This document shows positions 24,385-34,775 of a DNA stretch of 64,000 nt, piece after piece; within the stretch, counting starts at the first letter, position 1; each line of letters starts with the position of its first letter. Position numbers and translations under genes: made by a program. Where the stretch lies: positions 12,442-76,441 of the forward strand of contig CAWGHV010000032.1 in NCBI GenBank assembly GCA_963822375.1, in the 5' to 3' direction. Under the pieces are notes generated by a model that made no database searches, had not been told where the DNA came from, and saw only the letters and a list, made by a program, of their open reading frames with translations. Source of the stretch: an uncultured beta proteobacterium. GTDB lineage: Bacteria; Pseudomonadota; Gammaproteobacteria; Burkholderiales; Rhodocyclaceae.

Positions 24385-25811
24385 AATACCTCGGCGGCGT
24401 GGTCGGCCAGCCGCGAGCGCTCGCCGCGCTGCAGGGTGACGTGGCCGCTGTGCGGCCAGCCCTTGAAGCGATCCACCACGTAGGTCAGGCCCGAGCTGCC
24501 TTCGGTCAGGTAGGGCGTGTCGATCTGCGCGATGTTGCCGAGGCAGACCACCTTGGTGCCGGGGCCGGCGCGGGTGATCAGCGTCTTCATCTGCTTCGGC
24601 GTGAGGTTCTGCGCCTCGTCGATGATCAGGAATTTGTTGATGAAGGTGCGCCCGCGCATGAAGTTGAGCGACTTGATCTTGATGCGCGAGCGGATCAGGT
24701 CGCGCGTCGCGGCGCGGCCCCAGTCGCCGCCGCCCGCGGCTGCGTCGTCGGTCTTGTTGAGCACGTCGAGGTTGTCCTCCAGCGCACCCATCCACGGCGT
24801 CATCTTTTCTTCCTCGGTGCCGGGCAGAAAGCCGATGTCCTCGCCCACCGGCACGGTGACGCGGGTCATGATGATTTCGCTGATAGAGCTTGGTTTCCAG
24901 CGTCTGCGTCAAGCCCGGCGGCGAGCGTGAGCAGGGTCTTGCCGGTGCCGGCCTGGCCGAGCAGGGTGACGAAATCGATCTCCGGATTCATCAGCAGATT
25001 GAGCGCGAAGTTCTGCTCGCGGTTGCGCGCGGTGATGCCCCAGACTGTTGTTCTTCTGGTGCGTGTAGTCCTTCGAGCGTTTCGAGCACCGCGCGTCTTG
25101 CCGTTCTTCTCCCGCACGACGGCGTGGAACGGCCGTTCGTGGCGTCTTCGGATCGAGGTAGACGAACTCGTTGACCAGCAGCTCCGGGCACAGCGGGCCC
25201 TTGACGCGGTAGAGGGTGCGGCTGTCCTGCTTCCAGGATTCCATGTCCTTGCCGTGCGTGTCCCAGAAATCCGGCCGGCAGCTCGCGCACGCCGGTGTAG
25301 AGCAGGTCGGTGTCCTCCAGCACCTTGTCGTTGAAGTAGTCCTCGGCGTCGAGGCCCAGCGCGCGCGCCTTGATGCGCATGTTGATGTCTTTGGACACCA
25401 GGATGACCTGGCGCTTCGGCTGCTCTGCCTGCAGGTACATCACCACGCCGATGATCTGGTTGTCGGCCTTCGCGGTGGGCAGCGCCGCGCGGCAGCTCGC
25501 CGTCGATCGCCTCGGTCTGCAGGAACAGCCGGCCCGTCGCCAGCTCGCGCTGACGGCCTCGGCGAGCGGAATGCCGTCGTCGATGCTTGTGCTCGTGCGC
25601 CGCTGACGATGTCGTCCAGCAAGCGGCTCGCCTGGCGCGCGTTGCGCGCGACTTCGGTCATGCCCTTCTTGTTGTTGTCCAGTTCCTCCAGCGTCATGAT
25701 CGGCACGAAGATGTCGTGTTCCTCGAAGCGGAACAGGCTGGTCGGATCGTGCATCAGCACGTTGGTGTCGAGGACGAACAGCTTGGTATGGGCGGCGCGC
25801 TTGGCTGACAT
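24381..25811 (-). pseudogene. PIN domain + PhoH-like ATPase (PhoH2/YlaK type), at least three frameshifts as assembled
   Basis: The PIN N-terminus is KLFVLDTNVLMHDPTSLFRFEEHDIFVPIMTLEELD (ORF 25440..25955). ILVSKDINMRIKARALGL is in ORF 24991... The Walker A motif LLGQAGTGKTLLTLAAGL is in ORF 24866... IIDEAQNLTPKQMKTLITRAG..VCLGNIAQID is in ORF 24381... Confidence 0.85.
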
Positions 25812-25878
25812 CGGGAGATCTAACGTTTGAGAATCACGGCCTACGCGGTCTATCGCGCAGGTCCCGCGGATCGATGGG

Positions 25879-26520
25879 TTAGCACGAATTCTCGGCCCTC
25901 TCGACCAGCGCGGCCATCTCCACGGATTCAGCACTTCCACTCGCGTGCAGGCCATGGATGACGCCGGTTCGATTCTTGAAATGTTGATTCTGGCTGACCT
26001 TCCACTTGCCGGATAGCCGAGTGATGACGATTTCCATACCGACGACCGCCCTCATGAGCTTTCCCGTAAAGTCTTGAGGTGCATCGGATATGTGCCACGG
26101 CTCGGAGAACGCGGCTTCGTGTTTGGTTACGAGTGTCTCAAGGTGGGCCCGTAGCCACGAAATGTCGTCGACTACGCGAAGTGTCCCGTAGGCATGGGCA
26201 ACCGCATAATTCCAGGTCGGGACGACCTTCCCTGTTTCAGCTTTCGTTGGATACCAAGACGGTGTGATGTAAGCGTTGGGGCCGTGGAATACTGCCAGGA
26301 CCTCAACGTCCTTGGCGAAATCCTTCCAGATTGGGTTTGTTCGGGCGACATGACCACGCAATGTGCCGAACGGAATGGGATCCCCTGAAAGATGCAAAGG
26401 AATGTGATCGGCGTTTAGTCCACCCGATGAAAGCGTAATGAGGGTTGATAGCGGTCGAGCACGAATAAGCTCGTGCAAGACTTCAACTTTCGGCTCATCG
26501 AAGTGTTTTGGAATGTACAT
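25879..26520 (-). CDS. FMN-binding negative transcriptional regulator (PaiB family)
   Basis: MYIPKHFDEPKVEVLHELIRARPLSTLITL..HIPLHL..LRGHVARTNPIW..AYITPSWYP..VPTWNY. The gene is visibly more A/T-rich than its neighbours. Confidence 0.8.
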   Translation of the reverse strand: MYIPKHFDEPKVEVLHELIRARPLSTLITLSSGGLNADHIPLHLSGDPIPFGTLRGHVARTNPIWKDFAKDVEVLAVFHGPNAYITPSWYPTKAETGKVVPTWNYAVAHAYGTLRVVDDISWLRAHLETLVTKHEAAFSEPWHISDAPQDFTGKLMRAVVGMEIVITRLSGKWKVSQNQHFKNRTGVIHGLHASGSAESVEMAALVERAENSC

Positions 26521-26558
26521 AAAATTAAGGCCAGAGGAACACGACGGCAGAAAGGGCG

Positions 26559-27014
26559 TCAAAGCCCTTGCACGAAGTCGAGCACGGCCTGGGCGTGGCC
26601 GGGAACTTTCACGCCGCGCCACTCGCTGCGAAGCACGCCGTCGGCGTCGATGACGAAGGTGCTGCGCTCGATTCCCCGCACTTGCTTGCCATACATGTTC
26701 TTCATCTTGATCACGCCGAACAGGCGGCACGCCGTCTCGTCTGTGTCGGCGAGCAGTTCGAAGGGCAGGCCGAGCTTGTCCTTGAAGCCCTCGTGCGATT
26801 TGAGCGAGTCGCGCGAGATGCCAAACACCGGGCAACCGAGCTTTTCGAATTCGCCGTGCAGGTCGCGGAACTGCATGCTCTCGGTGGTGCAGCCGGGCGT
26901 GTTGTCCTTGGGGTAGAAGTACAGCACGACAGGCATACCGCGGTGAGCCGCGAGCTGGAAAGCCACGCCGCCGGTTCCCGGCAGATTGAAGTCCTGGACT
27001 ACCTGATTGAGCAT
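26559..27014 (-). CDS. bcp: thioredoxin-dependent peroxiredoxin Bcp
   Basis: VVLYFYPKDNTPGCTTESMQFRD..FGISRDSLKSHEGFKDKLGLPFELLAD. Confidence 0.92.
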   Translation of the reverse strand: MLNQVVQDFNLPGTGGVAFQLAAHRGMPVVLYFYPKDNTPGCTTESMQFRDLHGEFEKLGCPVFGISRDSLKSHEGFKDKLGLPFELLADTDETACRLFGVIKMKNMYGKQVRGIERSTFVIDADGVLRSEWRGVKVPGHAQAVLDFVQGL

Positions 27015-27072
27015 CGACTACTCCCCACGTTCATTGAGTGGCCAGCATAGTTGAAGCAAGCATTGTTGTGTT

Positions 27073-28005
27073 CTACGCATCCTTGAGAAACTCCTCCCCT
27101 TGCAGCATCAAGGTGCCGCTGCGGCCCGCGACCTCGCCCCGAAGGATCTCATGCCGCGGCAGCACTTCGAGATCGAGCGCATCGTAGATCGCCCGCGTCG
27201 GCACTAGTTCGTAGCCCTGCACACGCCAGCCTTCGAGCAGCTTCTCGAATACCGATGCGAGCCGCATTCCCTCCAACTCGGCGTGCAGGGTGTAGACGTG
27301 GCCGGCGAAAGCCGGACTCCGCGGCGCCTGCGCGGTCAGGCCCAGCAGATGCTCGTGCACGTTGTCTTCCACGATTCCCGCCGTGCCGATCAGCTCGTCC
27401 AGCGTCGGCAGCGTGGTGGGGATTTGCGCACAGGCGATGATCTCCGCAAGCTGAGCCGGAATGTAGGGGTGGCTGCCGCGCGTGTCGGTGCAGTAGTCGA
27501 AGCCCAGGCGCTGCGTCAGGCGCATGGCCTCGGCGTTCATCTGCCAGCCGGCAGCGCCGTGCGTCTTCGGTGCGGTGCCGAATACGGTGTAGAAGCGCTC
27601 GCACGCGCGCTCCATCTGGTCGCGGGTCCAGCGGGCATCAGCGGTTTCGACGCCGTCCTGCCACTTCACATGGTCCCAGGTGTGGATGCCGACTTCGTGC
27701 CCGGCGTCGCAAACGGCGCGCATGATGCCCGCGCAGCGCCGTCCGATGTGCGGCCCCGGCAGCAGTGTGCCGTAGAGCAGTGTGCGGATGCCATAGTGCT
27801 CGACGACCGAGGTGCGGGAAACCTTCTTCATGAAGCCGGGACGCAGCGCGCGCTTGATGGCGCGGCCGGTGTGGTCGGGGCCGAGCGAGAACAGGAAAGT
27901 CGCCGACGCGCCGAATTCGCGCAGCAGCTCGACCAGCCGTGGCACGCCTTCGCGGGTGCCGCGGTAAGTGTCGACGTCGACCTTGAGCGCCAGCCGTTTG
28001 CGCAT
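27073..28005 (-). CDS. arnD: 4-deoxy-4-formamido-L-arabinose-phosphoundecaprenol deformylase (polysaccharide deacetylase family)
   Basis: LALKVDVDTYRGTREGVPRLVELL..ASATFLFSLGPDHTGRA..HEVGIHTWDHVKWQD. The frame is intact and this is the last gene of the arn cluster. Confidence 0.85.
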   Translation of the reverse strand: MRKRLALKVDVDTYRGTREGVPRLVELLREFGASATFLFSLGPDHTGRAIKRALRPGFMKKVSRTSVVEHYGIRTLLYGTLLPGPHIGRRCAGIMRAVCDAGHEVGIHTWDHVKWQDGVETADARWTRDQMERACERFYTVFGTAPKTHGAAGWQMNAEAMRLTQRLGFDYCTDTRGSHPYIPAQLAEIIACAQIPTTLPTLDELIGTAGIVEDNVHEHLLGLTAQAPRSPAFAGHVYTLHAELEGMRLASVFEKLLEGWRVQGYELVPTRAIYDALDLEVLPRHEILRGEVAGRSGTLMLQGEEFLKDA

Positions 28006-28521
28006 TTACTCGTCGGGCGAATTGCCCGCGGCCCAAACGGGCTGTTGCGCGAGCGCGTGCAGGTTGGCACCGGTGATGCGGGTAATGCGCCAATCCGGCA
28101 GTATCGTCGCGCCCAGGCTTTGGTAAAAACTGTGCGCAGGGGTATTCCAATCGAGCACCGCCCACTCGAAACGGCCGCAGCCGCGCGCTACCGCGATGCG
28201 CGCCAGCTCCACCAGCAGCGCCCGCCCGCAGCCCAGACGCCGGTAGGCCGGGCGGACGTAGATGTCTTCCAGGTACACGCCGGGCCTGCCGAGGAAGGTC
28301 GAGTAGTTGTGGAAGAACAAGGCGAACGCCGCGGGCGCGCCGTCGCGGCTCGCCAACAACGCCTCGACGCCGGAGCGCTCGCCGAACAGCGCCGCCCGCA
28401 GGCGATCTTCATCGCATTCGACCAAGTGGGCCAGCTTCTCGTACTCGGCCAGCTCCCTGACCAGGTCCAGCACATGGGGAACGTCTGCCGGTTGCGCCGG
28501 GCGGATCTCGAAGGCACTCAT
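28006..28521 (-). CDS. GNAT N-acetyltransferase, spermidine/spermine-acetyltransferase-like
   Basis: [86 protein letters not shown]. Its stop directly abuts the arnD start, and it begins 11 bp after the arnA stop. Confidence 0.8.
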   Translation of the reverse strand: MSAFEIRPAQPADVPHVLDLVRELAEYEKLAHLVECDEDRLRAALFGERSGVEALLASRDGAPAAFALFFHNYSTFLGRPGVYLEDIYVRPAYRRLGCGRALLVELARIAVARGCGRFEWAVLDWNTPAHSFYQSLGATILPDWRITRITGANLHALAQQPVWAAGNSPDE

Positions 28522-28532
28522 CGCCTCACTGC

Positions 28533-30534
28533 TCACTCCACCAGCCGTCGCGCGTCGGCAACGTCGTTGCGGTACGCGTCGAAGATATGCCGCAGCGCGT
28601 CCGCCATGCCGACCGCCGGCTGCCAGCCCAGATCGCGGCAAGTGTTGTCGATCTTGGGCACGCGGTTCTGCACGTCCTGATAGCCGTTGCCGTAGTAGTC
28701 GGCGGAGGTGGTTTCGACGATCTTCACCTTGGCCGCGCTGTCGCGGTATTCGGAGTAGCCGTCGGCCAGCTCCAGCATCATGGTCGCCAGTTCGCGCACC
28801 GAGTAGTTGTTGCTCGGGTTGCCGATGTTGTAGATCTGTCCGCTCGGCGACGCCGTTCGTGTTGTCGATGATCTTCATCAGCGCGTCGATGCCGTCGTCG
28901 ATGTAGGTGAAGGCGCGCTTCTGCGCGCCGCCGTCGACCAGCTTGATCGGCTCGCCGCGCACGATGTGGCCGAGGAACTGGGTGATGACGCGCGAGCTGC
29001 CTTCCTTCGCCGTGTTGATCGAATCGAGCCCGGCGCCGATCCAGTTGAAGGGGCGGAACAGCGTGAAGTCCAGGCCCTCGCTGCATGCCGTAGGCCGAGA
29101 TCACGCGGTCCATCAGCTGCTTGGCGCAGGCGTAGATCCAGCGCGGCTTGTTGATCGGGCCGTAGACCAGTTCGGAGCTCTCGGGGTCGAACTCGGCGTC
29201 GCGGCACATGCCGTAGACCTCCGAGGTGGACGGGAAGACGATGCGTTTGCCGTAGTTCAACGCAGGCGCGCACGATCGGCAGGTTGGCTTCGAAGTCGAG
29301 CTCGAACACGCGCAGCGGCTCGCTGCACGTAGGTCGCCGGCGTGGCGATCGCCACCAGCGGCAGCACCGTGTCGCACTTCTTGACGTGGTACTCGATCCA
29401 CTCCTTGTTGATGGTGATGTCGCCCTCGAAGAAGTGGAAGCGCTTGTGCTCCAGCAGGTCGGCGAGCGGTCCGCCTGCATGTCCATGCCGTAGACCTCCC
29501 AGTCGGTGGTCGGCGATGATGCGCTTGGACAGGTGGTGGCCGATGAAGCCGTTGACGCCGAGGATGAGGATTTTCTTCATGGCGGGATACTCGATAGCGG
29601 TGGAGTGAGGGAGAGCGGCTCGCTTGCGAGCGCCAGTGGGGAGCCTGCCGAAGCCGTTGTCGTGGCCGTCCCACGCCGCTTCCAAGATGCGCAGCAGGCG
29701 CGCCGTCGCCGCATTGGGCGAGGACGTCGCCCTCGCGTACGAACAGGTGCGGACGGGCGTAACTTGCCGGCGCCGCGCCTGCCGGCAAGCTGCGCAGCAC
29801 GCGCAGCGCGGCCGCCCGGACAGATCGCAGAACGCGCCGGGATAGGGCGGGGCGACGCCGCGCACGAGGTCGTGGATCTGTTCGGCTGGGTCGTTCCAGT
29901 CGATGCGGCCGTCCTCCGGCTTGCGCGCCGCCGAAATAGCTGCCCTGCGCCAAGTCCTGTTCGGTGTGCGCCGCAGCGCCGGCGATCAGGCGCGGCAGCA
30001 CGTCGATCCAGAGCACAGCTCGGCCGCGACCGTGACCTTGCCGAAGACCTCGAACGCCGTGTCGTCGGGCAGGATGGGCACGCGCCTGCTGGGCGACGAT
30101 CGCGCCGGCGTCGGGCTTCTCCACCATGTGCGTGCAGGGTCGCGCCGGTCTCGCGCTCGCCCGTGATCACCGCCCAGTTGACCGGCACGCGGCCGCGGTA
30201 CTTTGGCAGCAGCGAGCCGTGCATGTTGTAGGCACCGCGGGCGGCGAGGCGCAGCAGCGCCGGCTCGAGCATGTGGCGGTAGTAGAACGAGAACAGGAAG
30301 TCGGGCCGGCAGGCGGCGACCCGCGCCGCCGTTTCCGCCGTATTCGGGTCCTCGGGCGTGATGCACCGGGATGTCGTGGTCCGCGGCGAACCGCGGCAAC
30401 GCTGTCGAACCAGATGTTCTCCGTGGGCTGTCGCGGTGGGTGACCACCAGCGGCACCTCGACGCCATGGGCGAGCAGCACCGACAGGCAGCGCACGCCGA
30501 CGTTGTGGTAGGCGAAGACGACGGCGCGCGTCAT
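28533..30534 (-). pseudogene. arnA: bifunctional UDP-glucuronate decarboxylase / UDP-Ara4N formyltransferase ArnA, about 15 frameshifts as assembled
   Basis: Formyltransferase pieces are MTRAVVFAYHNVGVRCLSVLLAHGVEV, FLFSFYYRHML and [33 protein letters not shown]. Decarboxylase pieces are [103 protein letters not shown] and the C-terminus ..[15 protein letters not shown]. They are scattered over all three frames. Confidence 0.88.
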
Positions 30535-31556
30535 GGCTGCCGCGGCGTGAAGCGCACCGCCTGCGTGTCGGGCGCACCGATGCGCTCTGACTCGTGCTCC
30601 AGCGCGGTCGCCTCGCGCCTTTCGAGCACTGCCTGTATCAGATAGCGCGGCCGCGGCCGCACCTGCTGCGTAAATGCGGCCGACGTACTCGCCCAAGCAG
30701 GCCGATGCCGAACAGCAGGATGCCGATGAGGAAGAAGGCGATGCCGAACAGCGTGAACAGGCCCTCCGCCTCCGGTCCGACGATCAAGCGGCGAATCGCG
30801 AGGTAGATGACGAACAGGGCGGAGAGCAGCGACAGCAGCATGCCGGACATCGAGACCATCTGCAGCGGCACCACCGAGAAGCCGGTCATCAGGTCGAAGT
30901 TGAGGCGGATCAGCTTGTAGAGCGAGTACTTGGAGTCGCCGGCGGCGCGCTCCTCGTGCGCGACCTCGATTTCGACCGGCTGCTGGGCGAAGGTGTAGGC
31001 CAGCGCCGGGATGAAGGTGTTGACTTCGCTGGCAGGCGTTGATGGCCTCGACGATGTCGCGGCTGTAGGCGCGCAGCATGCAGCCCTGGTCGGTCATGCG
31101 TGATGCGGGTGATGCGCTCGCGCAGCCGGTTCATCGCACGCGAGGCATAGCGGCGGAACGCCGATGTCCTGGCGCATGCGGCGAATCGTGCCGACGTAGT
31201 CGTGACCTTCGCGCATCTTGGCCAGCGAGCTTGCCGATTTCCTCCGGCGGGTTCTGCAGGTCGGCGTCGAGCGTGACGACAGCATCGCCGCGGCAGCGCT
31301 CGAAGCCGGCCATGATCGCCATGTGCTGACCGAAGTTGGCGTTGAACAGGACCACGCGGGTGACGTCGGGCCGCTGCTGCGAACTGCTCGCGCAGCATGG
31401 CGGCGGAGCGGTCGCGGCTGCCGTCGTTGACGAAGACGATTTCGTAGGCGACGCCCGAGCGCGTCGAGCGCCGGATAGAGGCGGGCGAACAGGGCGGCGC
31501 AGGCCTGCTTCTTCGTTGTAGACCGGGATGACGACCGAAAGCTCGGGCTGGCTCAT
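30531..31556 (-). pseudogene. arnC: undecaprenyl-phosphate 4-deoxy-4-formamido-L-arabinose transferase ArnC (GT2), about nine frameshifts as assembled
   Basis: The pieces are [97 protein letters not shown] and the TM region MTGFSVVPLQMVSMSGMLL..FFLIGILLFGIGLLG. They lie in alternating frames. The stop overlaps the arnA ATG (ATGA). Confidence 0.85.
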
Positions 31557-31563
31557 CGCGGGT

Positions 31564-32694
31564 TCAGCGTGGATGATCTCGGCGACCGCGCCGCACACGC
31601 GCTCGACGTCGCCATCGCCCATCGCCGGAAACAGCGGCAGCGTGACGATGGCGCGGCCGATGCGTTCGGCCTGCGGGAAGTCGCCCTCCTTGAAGCCGAG
31701 CCCGCGGTAGAGCGCTGAACAGATGCATCGCCGGGTAATGCACGCCGACGCCGATGCCGCGCTTCTGCATCGCGCGGATGAATTCGCCGCGGCTGATGCT
31801 CAGGCGCTCCAGCGGCAGCGTGATCTGGAACATGTGCCAGTTGCCGTTCTCGAAGTCCGCCGGCGGCAGTCCGCAGCCCAGGCGCGGCATCGAAGTGCGT
31901 CGAAGTAGTGCCGCGCGAGCCGGCGGCGGCACGCGTTGAATTCCTCCAGGCGCAGCGAGTTGGCCGAGGCCGATGCGCGCGGCGATGTCGGTCAGGTTGA
32001 ACTTTCCGCCGATCACCTCGACATCCATGCCGCCGTCGTTGTCGCGCACCACGCCCTTGCAGGCGCCAACGCTCGACATGCCTGCGCCTCGGCTTCGTCG
32101 TTCAGCACCAGGCAGCCGCCTTCGCCGGTGGTCATGTTCTTGTTGGGGTGGAAGCTGATCGAGACCAGATCGCCAAAGCTGCCGATGCGCCGGCCGCGCC
32201 AGCTCGACGCCCATGGCTTGCGCGGCGTCTTCGATCACGCGCAGGCCGTGGCGCTGCGGCGATCGCGTACAAGCGGTCGCGGTCCACCGGCAGTCCGGCG
32301 AGATCGACCGGCATGAGCGCGCGGGTGCGCGGCGTGATCGCGGCTTCGACAAGGTCGAGATCGATGTTGCGCGTGGCCGGTTCGACGTCGACGAACACCG
32401 GCCTGGCGCCGGCGCGCAGGATCACGTTGGCGGTCGCCACCCAGGACAAGGGCGTGGTGATGACTTCCGCCTCCGGCCCGATGCCCGCCAGCGCGAGCGC
32501 GATCTCCAGCGTCGCGGTACCCGAATTGACGACGCGCACCGGTCGGCCGCCAAAGTGTTCGACAAGGCCGCCTCGAACGCCTTGACTTGGGGGCCGCTGG
32601 TGATCCAGCCCGAGCGCAGCACTTCGGCGACGCCGGCGATGGTTTCCTCGTCGATCTGCGGCCGGGTGAACGGCAAAAAGGCCGTGGCGCTCAC
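31564..32694 (-). pseudogene. arnB: UDP-4-amino-4-deoxy-L-arabinose--oxoglutarate aminotransferase ArnB (DegT/DnrJ/EryC1 family), multiple frameshifts as assembled
   Basis: The pieces are FLPFTRPQIDEETIAGVAEVLRSGWITSGPQVKAFE, VNSGTATLEIALALAGIGPEAEVITTPLSWVATANVI, GLRVIEDAAQAMG, GKFNLTDIAARIGLGQL and GVHYPAMH. The C-terminal piece [20 protein letters not shown] is in a further frame. The GTG start overlaps the stop of the upstream flippase-like gene, and the 3' end is ambiguous (31553-31566). Confidence 0.85.
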
Positions 32695-33062
32695 GAGCGG
32701 GCGACGATGAACACGCCGAGCACGATGATGCCGATGCCGAGCAGCCGCAGCGGCGTCACGTTCTCGCCGAACAGGTACCAGGCCGCGAGGGCGTTGAGCA
32801 CGTAGCCGATCGACAGCATCGGATAGGCGATGCTCACCTCCACTCGAGACAGACCCATGATCCATACCACCAGACTGACGACATAGCAGACGAGGCCGCC
32901 GAGGATGTGCGGCTCCAGCGCGAGCTTGAGGCCCACCGGAACGATGTTGCCGGCATGGAACTCGAAGTGGCCGACGGCGTTGGTGCCGGCCTTGAGCAGC
33001 AGTTGGGCGGCGGCGTTGAGCAACACGCCGGTGAGAATGAGGCCGAAGCTGACCGTGGTCAT
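32691..33062 (-). CDS. small EamA/SMR-like 4-TM protein, ArnE/ArnF-type flippase subunit candidate (single copy)
   Basis: 123 aa: MTTVSFGLILTGVLLNAAAQLLLKAG..SIAYPMLSIGYVLNALAAWYLFGENVTPLRLLGIGIIVLGVFIV. It lies between arnT and arnB. Confidence 0.7.
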   Translation of the reverse strand: MTTVSFGLILTGVLLNAAAQLLLKAGTNAVGHFEFHAGNIVPVGLKLALEPHILGGLVCYVVSLVVWIMGLSRVEVSIAYPMLSIGYVLNALAAWYLFGENVTPLRLLGIGIIVLGVFIVARS

Positions 33063-33071
33063 GGTGGCCGC

Positions 33072-34775
33072 TCAGCGCCTGCTCACGACGAGGCGCCGCG
33101 TATCCTCGGCGACAATGTGCATCGGCAGGCCGCGCTCGCGCAGTTCCGCATGTTTCTCCGCTGTCATCACGGCGAAGGCGTCGTCGTGGCCGAGCCAGCG
33201 GCGCTCGAATTCCGCCTCGCTCGGAATCCCCTTGTCCGGCTCCTGCCGCAGCCCCAATTCCATTTCGTCGGTGTAGTTCACCAGTGTCACGGTGCGCCGC
33301 AGGTAGTAGGTCAGCGTCTGTTCGTACATGGCGACGCTGTAGAACGGCACGCCGGGCGACAACAATGGCCGAATCTGCTCGGCAAGATAGTAGGCCGAGT
33401 TCGATCTGGCAAGCTCGCCGTGACCCTGCAAGGCGGCGCTTTGCGCGGCGAAGCCGGCAACCGCGAGGCATAGCGCCGCCGCCTTGACGCGCGCCCTACG
33501 TGTCAGCGCCAACGCGCTCGCGGTGCCGAGCAGCCACATGCAGGCGGCGGCGATCGCCCAGTTCTCGAACGCGTTCATCATCGCAGAGGGCGTTTCGTGA
33601 TCGGCGCGATCGCTGATGCGAGGGGCGAGCGCCAGGGCACCGGCGGCCAGCAGCGTGACCAGCGCGAGGTGCAGCATCAGCGCCCGCGGCTGCAGCCGGG
33701 GAAGCATCGCGCCCACGAGCAAGGCGGAAGCGGGCAGCGCCGGCAAGATATACGAGGGAAGCTTGGAGCTCGAAGCGCTGAAGAAGACGAAGATGAAAAC
33801 GATCCAGACGACCAGAAACCGCTCGCTTTGAAACGCCGCGGCGCCGCACGTGCGCCAGCCGGCGACCAGGCTGTGCAGCGCGAGCAGCGTCCAGGGCAGC
33901 GCGCTGGCGATGAATACCGGCCCGAAATACCACCAAGGCTGATAGCGCCGGTGCACCGTGGTCAGGAAGCGTTCGAAATGTTCGTGCACGAAGAAGAAAT
34001 GCGCGAACTCCGGGTTGCGCCAGGACACGGCAATGAACCACGGTGCGCCGATCAGCAGGAACAGGCCGAGGCCGCGCAGCCACTCGAGCCGGCGCCAGGG
34101 GCCGATGTCGCGCGTCAATACCGAGTAGAGCACGAGCGAGCCGCCCGCGATCACCAGTGCCACCGGGCCCTTCGACAGCACCGCCAATGCCAGCGCGGCC
34201 CAGGTCACTAGCATCCAGCGCCGCGCCGCAGCGGCGTCGGTGCCGGGTCGGTTGGCCAACAGGAAGCCGGAAAGGGCCAGATGCATGAAGAACGTCAGCC
34301 CCATGTCGAGCGAGTTGAGATGGCCGAGGACGACGTAGCCGAAACTGCTGCCCAGCACCGCCGCGCCGAGCAAACCGGTGTCGGCGTCCCACAGCCGCCG
34401 GGCGACGAAGAACGCGAGCAGGATGCCGGCGAATCCGGTCAGCCCGGTCCACAGGCGCGCGCTCCATTCGTGCTCGCCGAAGGCCTTGAAGGCAGCGGCG
34501 CTCATCCAGTATTGCAGGGGCGGTTTGTAGAAGTATTTGAGGCCGTTCAGCCGCGGCGTGACCCAATCGCCGCTCGCGGCCATCTCGCGTGCGATTTCGG
34601 CGTAGCGCCCTTCGTCGGTCTTGATCAGCTTGCGCGATTCGAGCGTGCCGAACCAAGTCAGGCTGAAAGCGGTGATGAGTACCCACAATAGCCAACGCGG
34701 AACGAAGCGCACCGCGCTCGATGGCGCGTTTGCGTGGCCGGTGGCGGCCGCAAAGTCGTCGCCGGCGTCTCGCAC
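33072..34775 (-). CDS. arnT: undecaprenyl phosphate-alpha-4-amino-4-deoxy-L-arabinose arabinosyl transferase-like glycosyltransferase (ArnT/PMT superfamily)
   Basis: Intact 567-aa polytopic protein with TDEGRYAEIAREMAASGDWVTPRLNGLKYFYKPPLQYWMSAAAFKAFGEHEWSARLW. The GTG start overlaps the stop of the DUF498 gene. Confidence 0.82.
   Translation of the reverse strand: MRDAGDDFAAATGHANAPSSAVRFVPRWLLWVLITAFSLTWFGTLESRKLIKTDEGRYAEIAREMAASGDWVTPRLNGLKYFYKPPLQYWMSAAAFKAFGEHEWSARLWTGLTGFAGILLAFFVARRLWDADTGLLGAAVLGSSFGYVVLGHLNSLDMGLTFFMHLALSGFLLANRPGTDAAAARRWMLVTWAALALAVLSKGPVALVIAGGSLVLYSVLTRDIGPWRRLEWLRGLGLFLLIGAPWFIAVSWRNPEFAHFFFVHEHFERFLTTVHRRYQPWWYFGPVFIASALPWTLLALHSLVAGWRTCGAAAFQSERFLVVWIVFIFVFFSASSSKLPSYILPALPASALLVGAMLPRLQPRALMLHLALVTLLAAGALALAPRISDRADHETPSAMMNAFENWAIAAACMWLLGTASALALTRRARVKAAALCLAVAGFAAQSAALQGHGELARSNSAYYLAEQIRPLLSPGVPFYSVAMYEQTLTYYLRRTVTLVNYTDEMELGLRQEPDKGIPSEAEFERRWLGHDDAFAVMTAEKHAELRERGLPMHIVAEDTRRLVVSRR

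Noticed and set aside
23566-24912. A 448-aa ORF suggesting MurI with a 175-aa N-terminal extension.
   Set aside because: The extension is Arg/Pro/Gly-rich nonsense that overlaps the PhoH-like gene in another frame. The MurI homology begins near GTG 24384, which overlaps the PhoH-like stop.
31553-31625. The arnB C-terminus ([22 protein letters not shown]) reads in frame into the arnC start (MSQPELS), suggesting an ArnB-ArnC fusion.
   Set aside because: This junction lies inside the densest frameshift block. A one-base correction restores a stop, either TGA overlapping the arnC ATG or TGA at 31564-31566. This is most likely an artefact.
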